This document shows, one piece after another, positions 55,742 to 64,000 of a stretch of 64,000 nucleotides of DNA. The position numbers and the translations under genes were made by a program. Every line of letters starts with the position of its first letter. Positions within the stretch are counted from its first letter, which is position 1. The stretch is taken from the IMG/VR virus record IMGVR_UViG_2784746785_000001, positions 1-64,000 of that record. One strand, 5' to 3'. Origin of the DNA: a virus (taxonomy: Duplodnaviria > Caudoviricetes). A model generated the notes under the pieces. The model was not told the DNA's origin, ran no database searches, and saw only the letters and a list, made by a program, of their open reading frames with translations.

Positions 55742-56866
55742 ATGTCAGGCAGAAGAAAAAATGTAATCAGTAAAGCCAGTCCCCATACGATAAAGAAATT
55801 TGAATTGATCGAAGAGTACATAAAATCGTGGGCGCAGAAACTTATGCTGACCGACTCGTGCAATGGTCTTATCTTTATTGATTGTATGTGCAATTGCGGT
55901 GTGTATACAAACGATGCCGGAGAAATAGTAAAGGGAACGGCACTGCGAGTTTCTGAAGCTCTGCTGAATGTTGCAAGGCTTTATCCAAATAAAACAGTAC
56001 AAGTTTATTTAAACGACAAAGATAAAAATCGAGTGGATGAGTTGGAAAAACACTTGCCACAGAATGAACGGAATTTTCAGATTGTGACGTCACGACTTGA
56101 TGCACATGAACTTTTAAGAACTATAGGGCCGCAGCTATATCAGGCCGGTCATTTACATTATTTTCTATTTTATGATCCTTACGATGCCGATATCGATTGG
56201 GAAGCGTTGCTACCATTTTTTCGCAACTGGGGCGAAGTTGTAATCAATCACATGGTTTCTGATCCGGTTAGAGCGATTACAAGTGCTAAGAAGAAAACCA
56301 CTAAAGAAAAATATGAGAATACGTATCTTGAAGATTTTGAAAAATTGGTTCCGTTTGGAAGTGACAAGGTTGCATATGAGGCAAGAGTTGAGGAGATTAT
56401 TAATTCCCTAAAGGGAACACGCAGGTACTTTGTGTCGGCATTTCCTTTCTATAACACGCAGAACTCACACATGTATAACCTGATACATTGCACAAGTAAT
56501 AAAGAAGGGTTCAAGCTATACAAGAAAAGTGCCTGGAAGGTATTTGGCAATCAGTCGTCTACCAAGAATTCTCCGGAGAGTGAGCAACTTTCTTTTGATT
56601 CTTATGGCATCATTACAAATGAAACGGATGAATCTTGCTTCCATGTTTCTGATATTTCGAGATACCTTCAGCAAAACTTCAAAGGCCGTAAACAGGTGCA
56701 GCTTACCGAAATGTGGGAACTACTGGATGATCACCCGATTTTCCCGTCAGAAGGGTATCGGAATGAGATAAAGAAGGATCTTTCTGAAAGATTTGGCGCA
56801 AAAATAGAACAGATTGTAAGCGATGAAAATGGTAAGAAAGAAACAGTCATCTTCTTCTCCTTGTAA
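55742..56866 (+). CDS. tcmP: Three-Cys-motif partner (TcmP)-like methyltransferase-fold protein 1
   Basis: HTIKKFELIEEY..SW, FIDCMCNCG, FLFYDPY, LIHCTSN..G..L.K, C-terminal wHTH-like region. Confidence 0.7.
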   Translation: MSGRRKNVISKASPHTIKKFELIEEYIKSWAQKLMLTDSCNGLIFIDCMCNCGVYTNDAGEIVKGTALRVSEALLNVARLYPNKTVQVYLNDKDKNRVDELEKHLPQNERNFQIVTSRLDAHELLRTIGPQLYQAGHLHYFLFYDPYDADIDWEALLPFFRNWGEVVINHMVSDPVRAITSAKKKTTKEKYENTYLEDFEKLVPFGSDKVAYEARVEEIINSLKGTRRYFVSAFPFYNTQNSHMYNLIHCTSNKEGFKLYKKSAWKVFGNQSSTKNSPESEQLSFDSYGIITNETDESCFHVSDISRYLQQNFKGRKQVQLTEMWELLDDHPIFPSEGYRNEIKKDLSERFGAKIEQIVSDENGKKETVIFFSL

Positions 56867-56900
56867 GGCAGAGGGCATATTAATGAGGATGGGAAAACAA

Positions 56901-57764
56901 ATGGCAACATCACAAAAATTTGGAGGCCACTGGACAGAAGAAAAACTGAATATTTTCACAAGTTATCTGGATGCATACCTCATTGCGCTACAAAATCAGA
57001 AGTTTAAGAAAATTTATATAGATGCATTTGCCGGAACAGGCGAGATTGAAACAAGTGATGGCGAACAGCACCTTGTCGGATCTGCAAAGAGGGCATTGTC
57101 AGCTGATATGAAATTCGATCATTATTACTTCATTGAAGCTGATGATCAAAAAGCGGATGAACTTCGAAATATGGTAAACACTGAGTTTCCGCTTTTAATG
57201 CGAATGGTTACGATCTACTGTGGAGATGCCAATGATAAACTTGCTCAGATCATCAACGATGTGGATTGGCGATATAACAGAGGACTCCTGTTCTTAGACC
57301 CCTATGCGACGCAGGTGAATTGGACAACTCTTGTGGATGTGTCAAGGACGCAATCTATTGATGTTTGGTACCTGTTTCCATTTTCGGTGCTGGAAAGAAT
57401 GCTGCCAAAAAACGGGAAATATGATAGATGGGAAGATTGCATAGATCGACTGCTTGGCGACTCCGGATGGCAGACAGAGTTTTACAGGAAAGATCCACAA
57501 TTAACTTTATTTGATATATTTCCTGATGAGACGACTATAAATCAGGGAGAAAGATTAGTTAAAGATGCAAATCCTGAACACGTTAAGGATTACATTATCT
57601 CTCGTCTTGAGACGATATTTCCCTGTGTGTCCAAGCACCCTCGCATATTCAGAAATGTCAAAAGGTCGCCGATGTTCCTGTTCTGCTTTGCAATTTCAAA
57701 CAAGAGCTCAGCAGCACAGAACCTTGCGCTAAAGATAGCAGATTATATACTGAAAAACAAGTAG
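56901..57764 (+). CDS. tcmP: Three-Cys-motif partner (TcmP)-like methyltransferase-fold protein 2
   Basis: FGGHWTEEKL..F..YL..Y, YIDAFAGTG, GSA, GDAN, FLDPY. Alternative starts at 56883/56889. Confidence 0.8.
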   Translation: MATSQKFGGHWTEEKLNIFTSYLDAYLIALQNQKFKKIYIDAFAGTGEIETSDGEQHLVGSAKRALSADMKFDHYYFIEADDQKADELRNMVNTEFPLLMRMVTIYCGDANDKLAQIINDVDWRYNRGLLFLDPYATQVNWTTLVDVSRTQSIDVWYLFPFSVLERMLPKNGKYDRWEDCIDRLLGDSGWQTEFYRKDPQLTLFDIFPDETTINQGERLVKDANPEHVKDYIISRLETIFPCVSKHPRIFRNVKRSPMFLFCFAISNKSSAAQNLALKIADYILKNK

Positions 57765-57780
57765 GCGGAGGAAATTTTAC

Positions 57781-58545
57781 TTGAAGACCATTATACGAAA
57801 ATCCATGCTTTATCAAACCGGGGTGGAGTATGGCGATTACACAATGAATCATGTACAGGGATGTGCACACGGATGCAGATATCCATGCTATGCATTTCTT
57901 ATGAAAAAACGGTTCGGGCAGATTAAAAATTATGAAAGCTGGATTGAACCAGCACTTGTTTCAAATACGCTTGATCTATTGGATAAAGAAATTCCACGGT
58001 TGAAAGACAAAATTCATTCTGTTCAACTTTGCTTTACGACCGATCCGTTTATGAATGGATATCCGGAAGTTTCTGAAATGAGTATAGCTGCTATTCGAAA
58101 ATTAAACGATGCAGGTATAAAATGTACAACACTTACTAAGGGACTCTTGCCAATGGAACTGGCGGAGCTTTCAAAAGAAAATGAGCATGGAATTACATTG
58201 ATTTCACTTGACGAGACATACCGTGAACAGATGGAGCCAGGAGCGACATCTTCTGTAAATCGGCTGGCTGCTCTCCGGGCACTCCATGACGCGGGGTGCA
58301 AGACCTGGGTAAGCATCGAACCTTATCCGACACCGAACATGATCGAGCAAGATCTGCATGAAATATTGGAAGCTATAGATTTTGTAGATCGAATTATTTT
58401 TGGAAGGACAAACTACAGTAAAGTCGCAAATTCTTATGAAGGACATAATCATTTTTATAATGAGTGCGCTGCAGAAGTAATTGCTTTTTGTAAAGAGCAC
58501 GGCATTGATTATCATATCAAGTCAAAGACAATAACGGAAGAATGA
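57781..58545 (+). CDS. Radical SAM protein (SPL-like), atypical Cx3Cx3C motif
   Basis: NHVQGCAHGCRYPCYA, FTTDPF, TLTKG, WVSIEP. Confidence 0.8.
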   Translation: MKTIIRKSMLYQTGVEYGDYTMNHVQGCAHGCRYPCYAFLMKKRFGQIKNYESWIEPALVSNTLDLLDKEIPRLKDKIHSVQLCFTTDPFMNGYPEVSEMSIAAIRKLNDAGIKCTTLTKGLLPMELAELSKENEHGITLISLDETYREQMEPGATSSVNRLAALRALHDAGCKTWVSIEPYPTPNMIEQDLHEILEAIDFVDRIIFGRTNYSKVANSYEGHNHFYNECAAEVIAFCKEHGIDYHIKSKTITEE

Positions 58546-58554
58546 GGTGGAACC

Positions 58555-60684
58555 ATGGCACTATTACAAGACCTGATCCAGCAGATTGATGACCCCGCAC
58601 TCCGGGAACGAATCCTGCAGGAAACGAATAAGTTACTCAAGCAGAAAAAATTCGGCCTTGTTTTTGAAGAGCATATTCCAGAGTGCACGCCTCTTTACGA
58701 CATTCCCGTAAGGAAGGGTGCTCTTGTTGCAATTAAAGGCAAGAACATTCAGCAGAGTTATATGGTGGAGTCAATTACGGGCGGTACAGCTAAATGCTAT
58801 GAAAAGGAAAGAAAAACGACGGTTGAGATCCCTGTTTCGTCTCTTGTATGTATTGCTCGATTTGGTGACCCGATTTATCCGTGTCTGAAGCCGATTGATA
58901 AGGTTGAAAATGCGCCTGATAGTGATCTCTGGCACACACTGATCGAGGCAGACAATTATCATGCGCTTCAGTTGTTGGAGTATCTCTATGCTGGAAAGGT
59001 TGATTGTATCTATATTGATCCGCCATATAATACCGGTGCTCGTGACTGGAAATATAATAACGATTATGTCGACAGCTCAGATGCCTACAGGCACAGCAAA
59101 TGGCTGTCAATGATGGAGAAACGCCTGAAGCTGGCGAAGAAACTTCTGAATCCCGAAGATTCAGTGTTAATTGTTACTATCGATGAAAAAGAGTATCTAC
59201 ATCTTGGCTGCCTACTTGAGGAAATATTTCCAGAGGCACGTATGCAGATGGTGACGTCGAGGATAAATAAAAAAGCATCTACAAGAGTGGGACAGTTTGC
59301 AAGATGTGATGAATACTTGTTCTTTCTTCAGTTTGGCTCGATGAATATACAAAAATCTAAATATTCTATGCTCGATGTTACTGATAACAGCAATCACAAT
59401 GCAAAAGAAGCGAAAACCGACACAATATGGAATAGCATGTTACGCCGAGGCTCTAATGGATCTTCTAGAAGAGAGTCGCCAAATTTGTTTTATCCAGTAT
59501 GGGTTGATGAGAAGAGAAGAAAGATAGAAGTTGTTGGCGAACCACTTCCAATTGATGTAAACAGGCATGACATCGAAAAAAAACCTCCTATTCCAGGGCT
59601 AAAGGCGGTATGGCCAATTAGAACAGATAATAGTGAAGGAAGATGGCAACTTGGATATGATACTTTGCAAAGTTATTTGAAGCAAGGAATAGCAAAATTA
59701 GGTGCATATAACAAGAAGAGAGACCAATGGGCTATCGTTTTTCTGAAAAAGAAACAGAAAGAACAATTGCGTGATGGCATTCTTATTGCAACCGGTAAAG
59801 AAGCTGACGGCTCACTTATCCTAGAATGGAATGAAGATGAGGAACAGGACAGGGAGCCAAAGACAATGTGGGTTCGCGACTGGCATGACGCCAGCACTTA
59901 TGGAACAAATCTCATAGATAAAGTAATTCCCAATAGAGACTTTCCTTTTCCAAAGTCGTTGTATGCAGTAGAAGATACTTTGCGATTTTATATTGCAGAC
60001 AAGAAAGATGCTTTGATTGTGGACTTCTTTTCGGGATCAGGAACAACACTGCATGCGGTAAATTTGCTAAATGCAGAAGATAATGGACATCGTCGGTGCA
60101 TAATGGTGACAAATAATGAAGTTTCCGACAGAGAAGCTAAATCACTGTACAAAAAAGGTCTTCATCAAGGAGACAGCGAATGGGAGAAGTTTGGAATAGC
60201 CCGTTATATTACTTGGCCCCGTACAGTCTGTACAATAGAGGGTCATGATTCGAATGGCAATCCGCTGAATGGAAATTACTTGGGCTCGGGTTTTCCAATG
60301 GCAAGTGGGTTCAAGACAAATTGTGAATACTTTAAATTAACCTTTCTCGATAAAACTTCTATCGCACTTGGTAGGCAGTTTCGAGAGCTGTTTCCAGTAC
60401 TTTGGATGAAAGGTGGAGCCATTGGAAGGTGCCCTGTGCTTGAGTCGGATGAACTCCCCAACATGCTTATCCTTTCACAAAATAAGATGGCAGTCTTGAT
60501 AGATGAGATTTATTATTCCGAATTTGACGCGGAAATGCAAAAGCATCCAGAGATCCGGACGGTCTTCATTGTAACGGATTCAGAGGTAGCATACCAGACG
60601 ATGATTCGTACATATGATGGCAAAGACTGCTACCAGCTTTATAGAGATTATCTGGATAATTTCCGGATCAATTCAGGGAGGTAA
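58555..60684 (+). CDS. mod: Type III restriction-modification methyltransferase (Mod)
   Basis: KKFGLVFEEH, LIEADNYHAL, YIDPPYNTG, FPFPKS, VDFFSGSGTT. Confidence 0.93.
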   Translation: MALLQDLIQQIDDPALRERILQETNKLLKQKKFGLVFEEHIPECTPLYDIPVRKGALVAIKGKNIQQSYMVESITGGTAKCYEKERKTTVEIPVSSLVCIARFGDPIYPCLKPIDKVENAPDSDLWHTLIEADNYHALQLLEYLYAGKVDCIYIDPPYNTGARDWKYNNDYVDSSDAYRHSKWLSMMEKRLKLAKKLLNPEDSVLIVTIDEKEYLHLGCLLEEIFPEARMQMVTSRINKKASTRVGQFARCDEYLFFLQFGSMNIQKSKYSMLDVTDNSNHNAKEAKTDTIWNSMLRRGSNGSSRRESPNLFYPVWVDEKRRKIEVVGEPLPIDVNRHDIEKKPPIPGLKAVWPIRTDNSEGRWQLGYDTLQSYLKQGIAKLGAYNKKRDQWAIVFLKKKQKEQLRDGILIATGKEADGSLILEWNEDEEQDREPKTMWVRDWHDASTYGTNLIDKVIPNRDFPFPKSLYAVEDTLRFYIADKKDALIVDFFSGSGTTLHAVNLLNAEDNGHRRCIMVTNNEVSDREAKSLYKKGLHQGDSEWEKFGIARYITWPRTVCTIEGHDSNGNPLNGNYLGSGFPMASGFKTNCEYFKLTFLDKTSIALGRQFRELFPVLWMKGGAIGRCPVLESDELPNMLILSQNKMAVLIDEIYYSEFDAEMQKHPEIRTVFIVTDSEVAYQTMIRTYDGKDCYQLYRDYLDNFRINSGR

Positions 60685-60686
60685 CC

Positions 60687-63569
60687 ATGAACGTAGAATT
60701 ATTTCCTTTTCAGAGAAAGTCGCTTCTCGATATACGCATGAAAACGGCGGAGGCTATGGGTAGTTTTCATAGAACGCATGCGCCGCAGGTTGTTTCATTC
60801 ACTGCACCGACTGGGGCCGGAAAGACAATTATTATGTCGGCTTTGATCGAGAATTTTTTTTTCGGTGACGAGAATTATGCTGAACAGCAGGACGCTATTA
60901 TCGTCTGGCTCTCTGATTCTCCGCAATTGAACGAACAATCCAAGCAGAAGATCGATTCCAAGGCAGATAAAATCAGGCTTTCACAGTGTGTTACAGTTTC
61001 CGAGGAGTCATTTGATAGAGAGGTATTTGAGAACGGACATATCTATTTTCTGAATACGCAGAAGTTGTCCGTTTCTTCCAAGCTTACGAAGAATGGAGAT
61101 GGCCGTACTTATACCATCTGGCAGACACTTGCTAATACCATTCGAGAAAAGAGCGACCGTCTGTATTTTATCATTGATGAGGCGCATCGCGGCATGCAGG
61201 GGCGAGAAGCCGGCAAAGCAACTACTATCATGCAAAAGTTCATCAAGGGCAGCGATGATGACTGTATCCCTCCGATGCCGGTTGTCATTGGCATGTCCGC
61301 CACAACTCAGAGATTCAATGCGTTGGTCGAGGGCACATCCTCTACAATACACAAAGCTATCGTCACATCTGATGAAGTTCGTGCATCAGGATTGCTAAAA
61401 GACAGAATTGTCATCACTTATCCGGAGGAAGGTGCAGTTAATAATGATATGGCGATCTTACAGGCTGCAGCGGATGATTGGAAGGAAAAATGGGAGCATT
61501 GGACGCAGTATTGCTATGAGCAGCACTATGCCTATGTGAATCCGATCCTGATTGTCCAGGTATTAAACGGAACCGGAGATAAATTGACTGATACAAATCT
61601 GGAAGATTGCATAGCCAAAATTGAAGAGCGGTCGGGTTTCAAACTGGAAAACGGTCAAGTTGTACATACATTCGGCGGCACGACGGCGTCACTTTCAATA
61701 AATGGACTTGAAGTGCGCTACGAAGAGCCATCTCGTATAGCGGAGGACAGGAACATTCGCATTGTGTTCTTTAAAGAAAACCTTTCTACAGGCTGGGATT
61801 GTCCAAGAGCTGAGACCATGATGTCATTCAAGCACGCCAGTGATGCCACATATATTGCACAGCTCCTTGGAAGAATGGTCAGGACACCGATGCAGATGCA
61901 TATTCAGGTTGATGATGTTCTGAATGATGTGCATCTCTATTTGCCGTATTTTAATGAAAATACAGTAAAAGATGTTGTAGAGGCATTACAGAGTACCGAG
62001 GGTGGGGATATACCTTCAGATATTTTTGGAGAGTCATTGTCTGGTAAGCAATTTGAGACATTGACCGTAAAGCCCAAGAAAAAGAAAATCGATATGCAGT
62101 ATCCTAGGCAGATGACACTGGATGTGTTTATGAATCAAGGAACTGAGACTCACAGTTTTGGTGAGGCAAGTTCAGCGCTGCATGAAGAAATTTATGCGAC
62201 GGGGCAAGAACAAACTTCTGATGGACTGTTACAACCCGAATCACAGCCGACAGCAATCCAACCAAAGCAGGAAGCTGAGAATGATCAGCATTCAAGTCAG
62301 AACATATCTCCTGCCGCGGTTGCCCAGGCATTAGGGAGAGCATCGGAAGACCAGGCTGCAACTACAAGTACGCAGGAAAACTCGCAGGAAGAACCAGCAG
62401 AGGATCAGTTTGACCGTGAGGCAGTCATGAAATTCATAAATGACGCAGGTCTGCTTTCTTATAACGTCAGGGCACTTAGAATCAACGATTATTTGAAATC
62501 ACTGTTCAGAATGGCACATTTGCTCAGTATATCTAATTTGCACCGCGAAGCAATCAGAGAGGTGCAGGGCGAAATTGTTCAGATGATTCACGATTACATA
62601 GGAGCCCTGAGAGTTAAGGGCAAATATGATGAGCTCGTTCAACAGGTAAAGCAGTTCAAACTTGCCACACAGATTTTTGATGCTTTTGGCGAAACCGTGG
62701 ACAACTATTCAGTGCATGATATGTTCACAACGACCGATACAGACCTTGAACGACAGTTCCAAGTTGCAGATGCAAAACTTGGACGTGAAGGTATCGGAAT
62801 GGCCTATGGAAATAAGTATATGGACATGTCTGATCTATCAGCTTTTAAGGTAGATGTAATTCTGTTTGTTGCGGATCAAGATTGTATGGACAGACTCTAC
62901 TCGTATGCAGAGAATCGCTTTCATAGCTTGAATGATGATTATCGGAGATATATTGCAACTATTGATTCAGAAAAAATTCGTCGAGAATATGACAGTATCG
63001 TTTCCGATGGCGATGTGATAAGCAAGCATAATTTCCGGCTTCCAGAGACCATCCAGGTTCCACATGAAGAAGGCGGCACAGCCTATAAGGATCACCTTTT
63101 TGTTAACGATAAAACAGGAACAGCTACGATGAAGTTAAATTCTTGGGAATCTGGTGTTATTGAGGAAGAAGAGAAAAGACCTGATTTTGTTTGTTGGATT
63201 CGCAATCCGTCCAGAGCATCATGGGCGCTTTGTATTCCATATGAAATCGATGGTGAGATTAAACCGACTTTCCCTGATTTTATTATTGTTAGAAAAGATC
63301 CAGTGTCAGAATATGTCATTGACATTCTTGAGCCGCATAATCCTGACTTTAAGGACAATCTTGGTAAGGCAAAGGGCTTCGCAGAGTACGCAAGGCAGAA
63401 TCCGGGCGTTGGAAGTATTCAACTTATTCGTATGAGCAAGGATGCAGCTGGAAAAGACCGGTTCAGGAGACTGAATATGTACAAGTCTGCAATTCGGGAT
63501 AAGGTATCACATGCGGTCAACACTGACGAGTTGGATCATATTTTTAATACCGACGGAGACTTCATGTAA
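60687..63569 (+). CDS. res: Type III restriction subunit (Res): SF2 helicase + C-terminal nuclease
   Basis: APTGAGKT, IIDEAH, LSTGWDCPRA, QLLGRMVR, FPDF...ILEPH. Confidence 0.88.
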   Translation: MNVELFPFQRKSLLDIRMKTAEAMGSFHRTHAPQVVSFTAPTGAGKTIIMSALIENFFFGDENYAEQQDAIIVWLSDSPQLNEQSKQKIDSKADKIRLSQCVTVSEESFDREVFENGHIYFLNTQKLSVSSKLTKNGDGRTYTIWQTLANTIREKSDRLYFIIDEAHRGMQGREAGKATTIMQKFIKGSDDDCIPPMPVVIGMSATTQRFNALVEGTSSTIHKAIVTSDEVRASGLLKDRIVITYPEEGAVNNDMAILQAAADDWKEKWEHWTQYCYEQHYAYVNPILIVQVLNGTGDKLTDTNLEDCIAKIEERSGFKLENGQVVHTFGGTTASLSINGLEVRYEEPSRIAEDRNIRIVFFKENLSTGWDCPRAETMMSFKHASDATYIAQLLGRMVRTPMQMHIQVDDVLNDVHLYLPYFNENTVKDVVEALQSTEGGDIPSDIFGESLSGKQFETLTVKPKKKKIDMQYPRQMTLDVFMNQGTETHSFGEASSALHEEIYATGQEQTSDGLLQPESQPTAIQPKQEAENDQHSSQNISPAAVAQALGRASEDQAATTSTQENSQEEPAEDQFDREAVMKFINDAGLLSYNVRALRINDYLKSLFRMAHLLSISNLHREAIREVQGEIVQMIHDYIGALRVKGKYDELVQQVKQFKLATQIFDAFGETVDNYSVHDMFTTTDTDLERQFQVADAKLGREGIGMAYGNKYMDMSDLSAFKVDVILFVADQDCMDRLYSYAENRFHSLNDDYRRYIATIDSEKIRREYDSIVSDGDVISKHNFRLPETIQVPHEEGGTAYKDHLFVNDKTGTATMKLNSWESGVIEEEEKRPDFVCWIRNPSRASWALCIPYEIDGEIKPTFPDFIIVRKDPVSEYVIDILEPHNPDFKDNLGKAKGFAEYARQNPGVGSIQLIRMSKDAAGKDRFRRLNMYKSAIRDKVSHAVNTDELDHIFNTDGDFM

Positions 63570-63713
63570 CCTCAATGTTTATTAACAATCTGGAGCAGAT
63601 ATTACGCAGGTTAATATAAAGACTATTTCTTGATGGATATGTACGATTCTTTAGTTATGACTTGCAATGCAAAGAAAAAGCTGTGAAATGAATCAGAACA
63701 GGAGGACATCAGC

Positions 63714-64000
63714 ATGGACGACCGTGGAGAAATAATTATATACCAGACCGAAGATGGTCTGACGAAGATAGATGTCAGTATGCAGGACGAAACGGTATGG
63801 CTGTCGCTGGAGCAGATGGCTGATTTGTTTCAACGAGATAAGTCTACCATATCCAAGCATATTAAAAACATCTTTGAGGATGGAGAATTAGTCAGAAATT
63901 CAGTTGTTGCAAATTTTGCAACAACTGCTGCGGATGGAAAAACATATCAAGTGGATTATTATAATCTCGATGTTATTATCTCCGTTGGCTATCGTGTCAA
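63714..64000 (+). CDS. rhuM: RhuM/virulence-protein family (partial, runs off the window)
   Basis: EIIIYQTEDG...ETVWLS..QMADLFQ...ISKHIKNIF..GEL...YNLDVIISVGYRV; AGGAGG RBS. Confidence 0.9.
   Translation, partial: MDDRGEIIIYQTEDGLTKIDVSMQDETVWLSLEQMADLFQRDKSTISKHIKNIFEDGELVRNSVVANFATTAADGKTYQVDYYNLDVIISVGYRV

Larger units (their letters stand above)
53060..64000 (+). mobile_element. Second defence island/element to the right of the att site (continues past the window)
   Basis: Only defence-type and regulator genes; no host housekeeping gene follows the rlmD 3' fragment. Confidence 0.5.

Noticed and set aside
1-64000. tRNA, rRNA or IS transposase genes
   Set aside because: None recognisable by eye; tRNAscan-SE, Infernal and ISEScan would be needed to exclude them formally.

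Overview
The window holds a temperate siphovirus-type prophage of a Bacillota-type host, followed by a defence island. Positions 1-38.2 kb are GC-rich and all on the minus strand. From right to left they encode a sigma-like regulator, the replication module (DUF2800 nuclease, DUF2815 SSB, PolA, primase-DUF3987 with an ori-like site, VRR-NUC, SNF2), a late activator, HNH/TerS/methylase, a moron cluster, TerL, an HK97-type head, a long tail with a -1 frameshift chaperone, an evolved Dit, a GH18 tail-region hydrolase, holin and endolysin, and a SHOCT plus serine-recombinase integration cassette that runs off the left edge. From 38.5 kb the genes switch to the plus strand and become visibly more AT-rich. 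First comes a Lamassu/ABC-three-component operon. Next is the most unusual locus, a tight four-gene operon (41.9-52.4 kb): a DUF4338/DruA-like domain fused to a DptF(DndF)-like ATPase, a DptG-like protein, a DptH-like nuclease-FtsK protein and an SfsA-type nuclease. No druE or dndABCDE genes occur in the window. At 53034-53085 lies a 52-bp att-like site with 9-bp terminal inverted repeats, centred on a CA dinucleotide. Its right half encodes the RlmD C-terminal motif HVETVVLMS, which suggests the prophage ends here and carries both defence operons as cargo. Beyond it is a second island: a SIR2/AbiH-like gene, a MerR-Zn-ribbon gene, HTH-TcmP-TcmP-radical SAM-Type III Mod-Res, and a partial RhuM. 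All family assignments come from motif recognition by eye. No database search was run.
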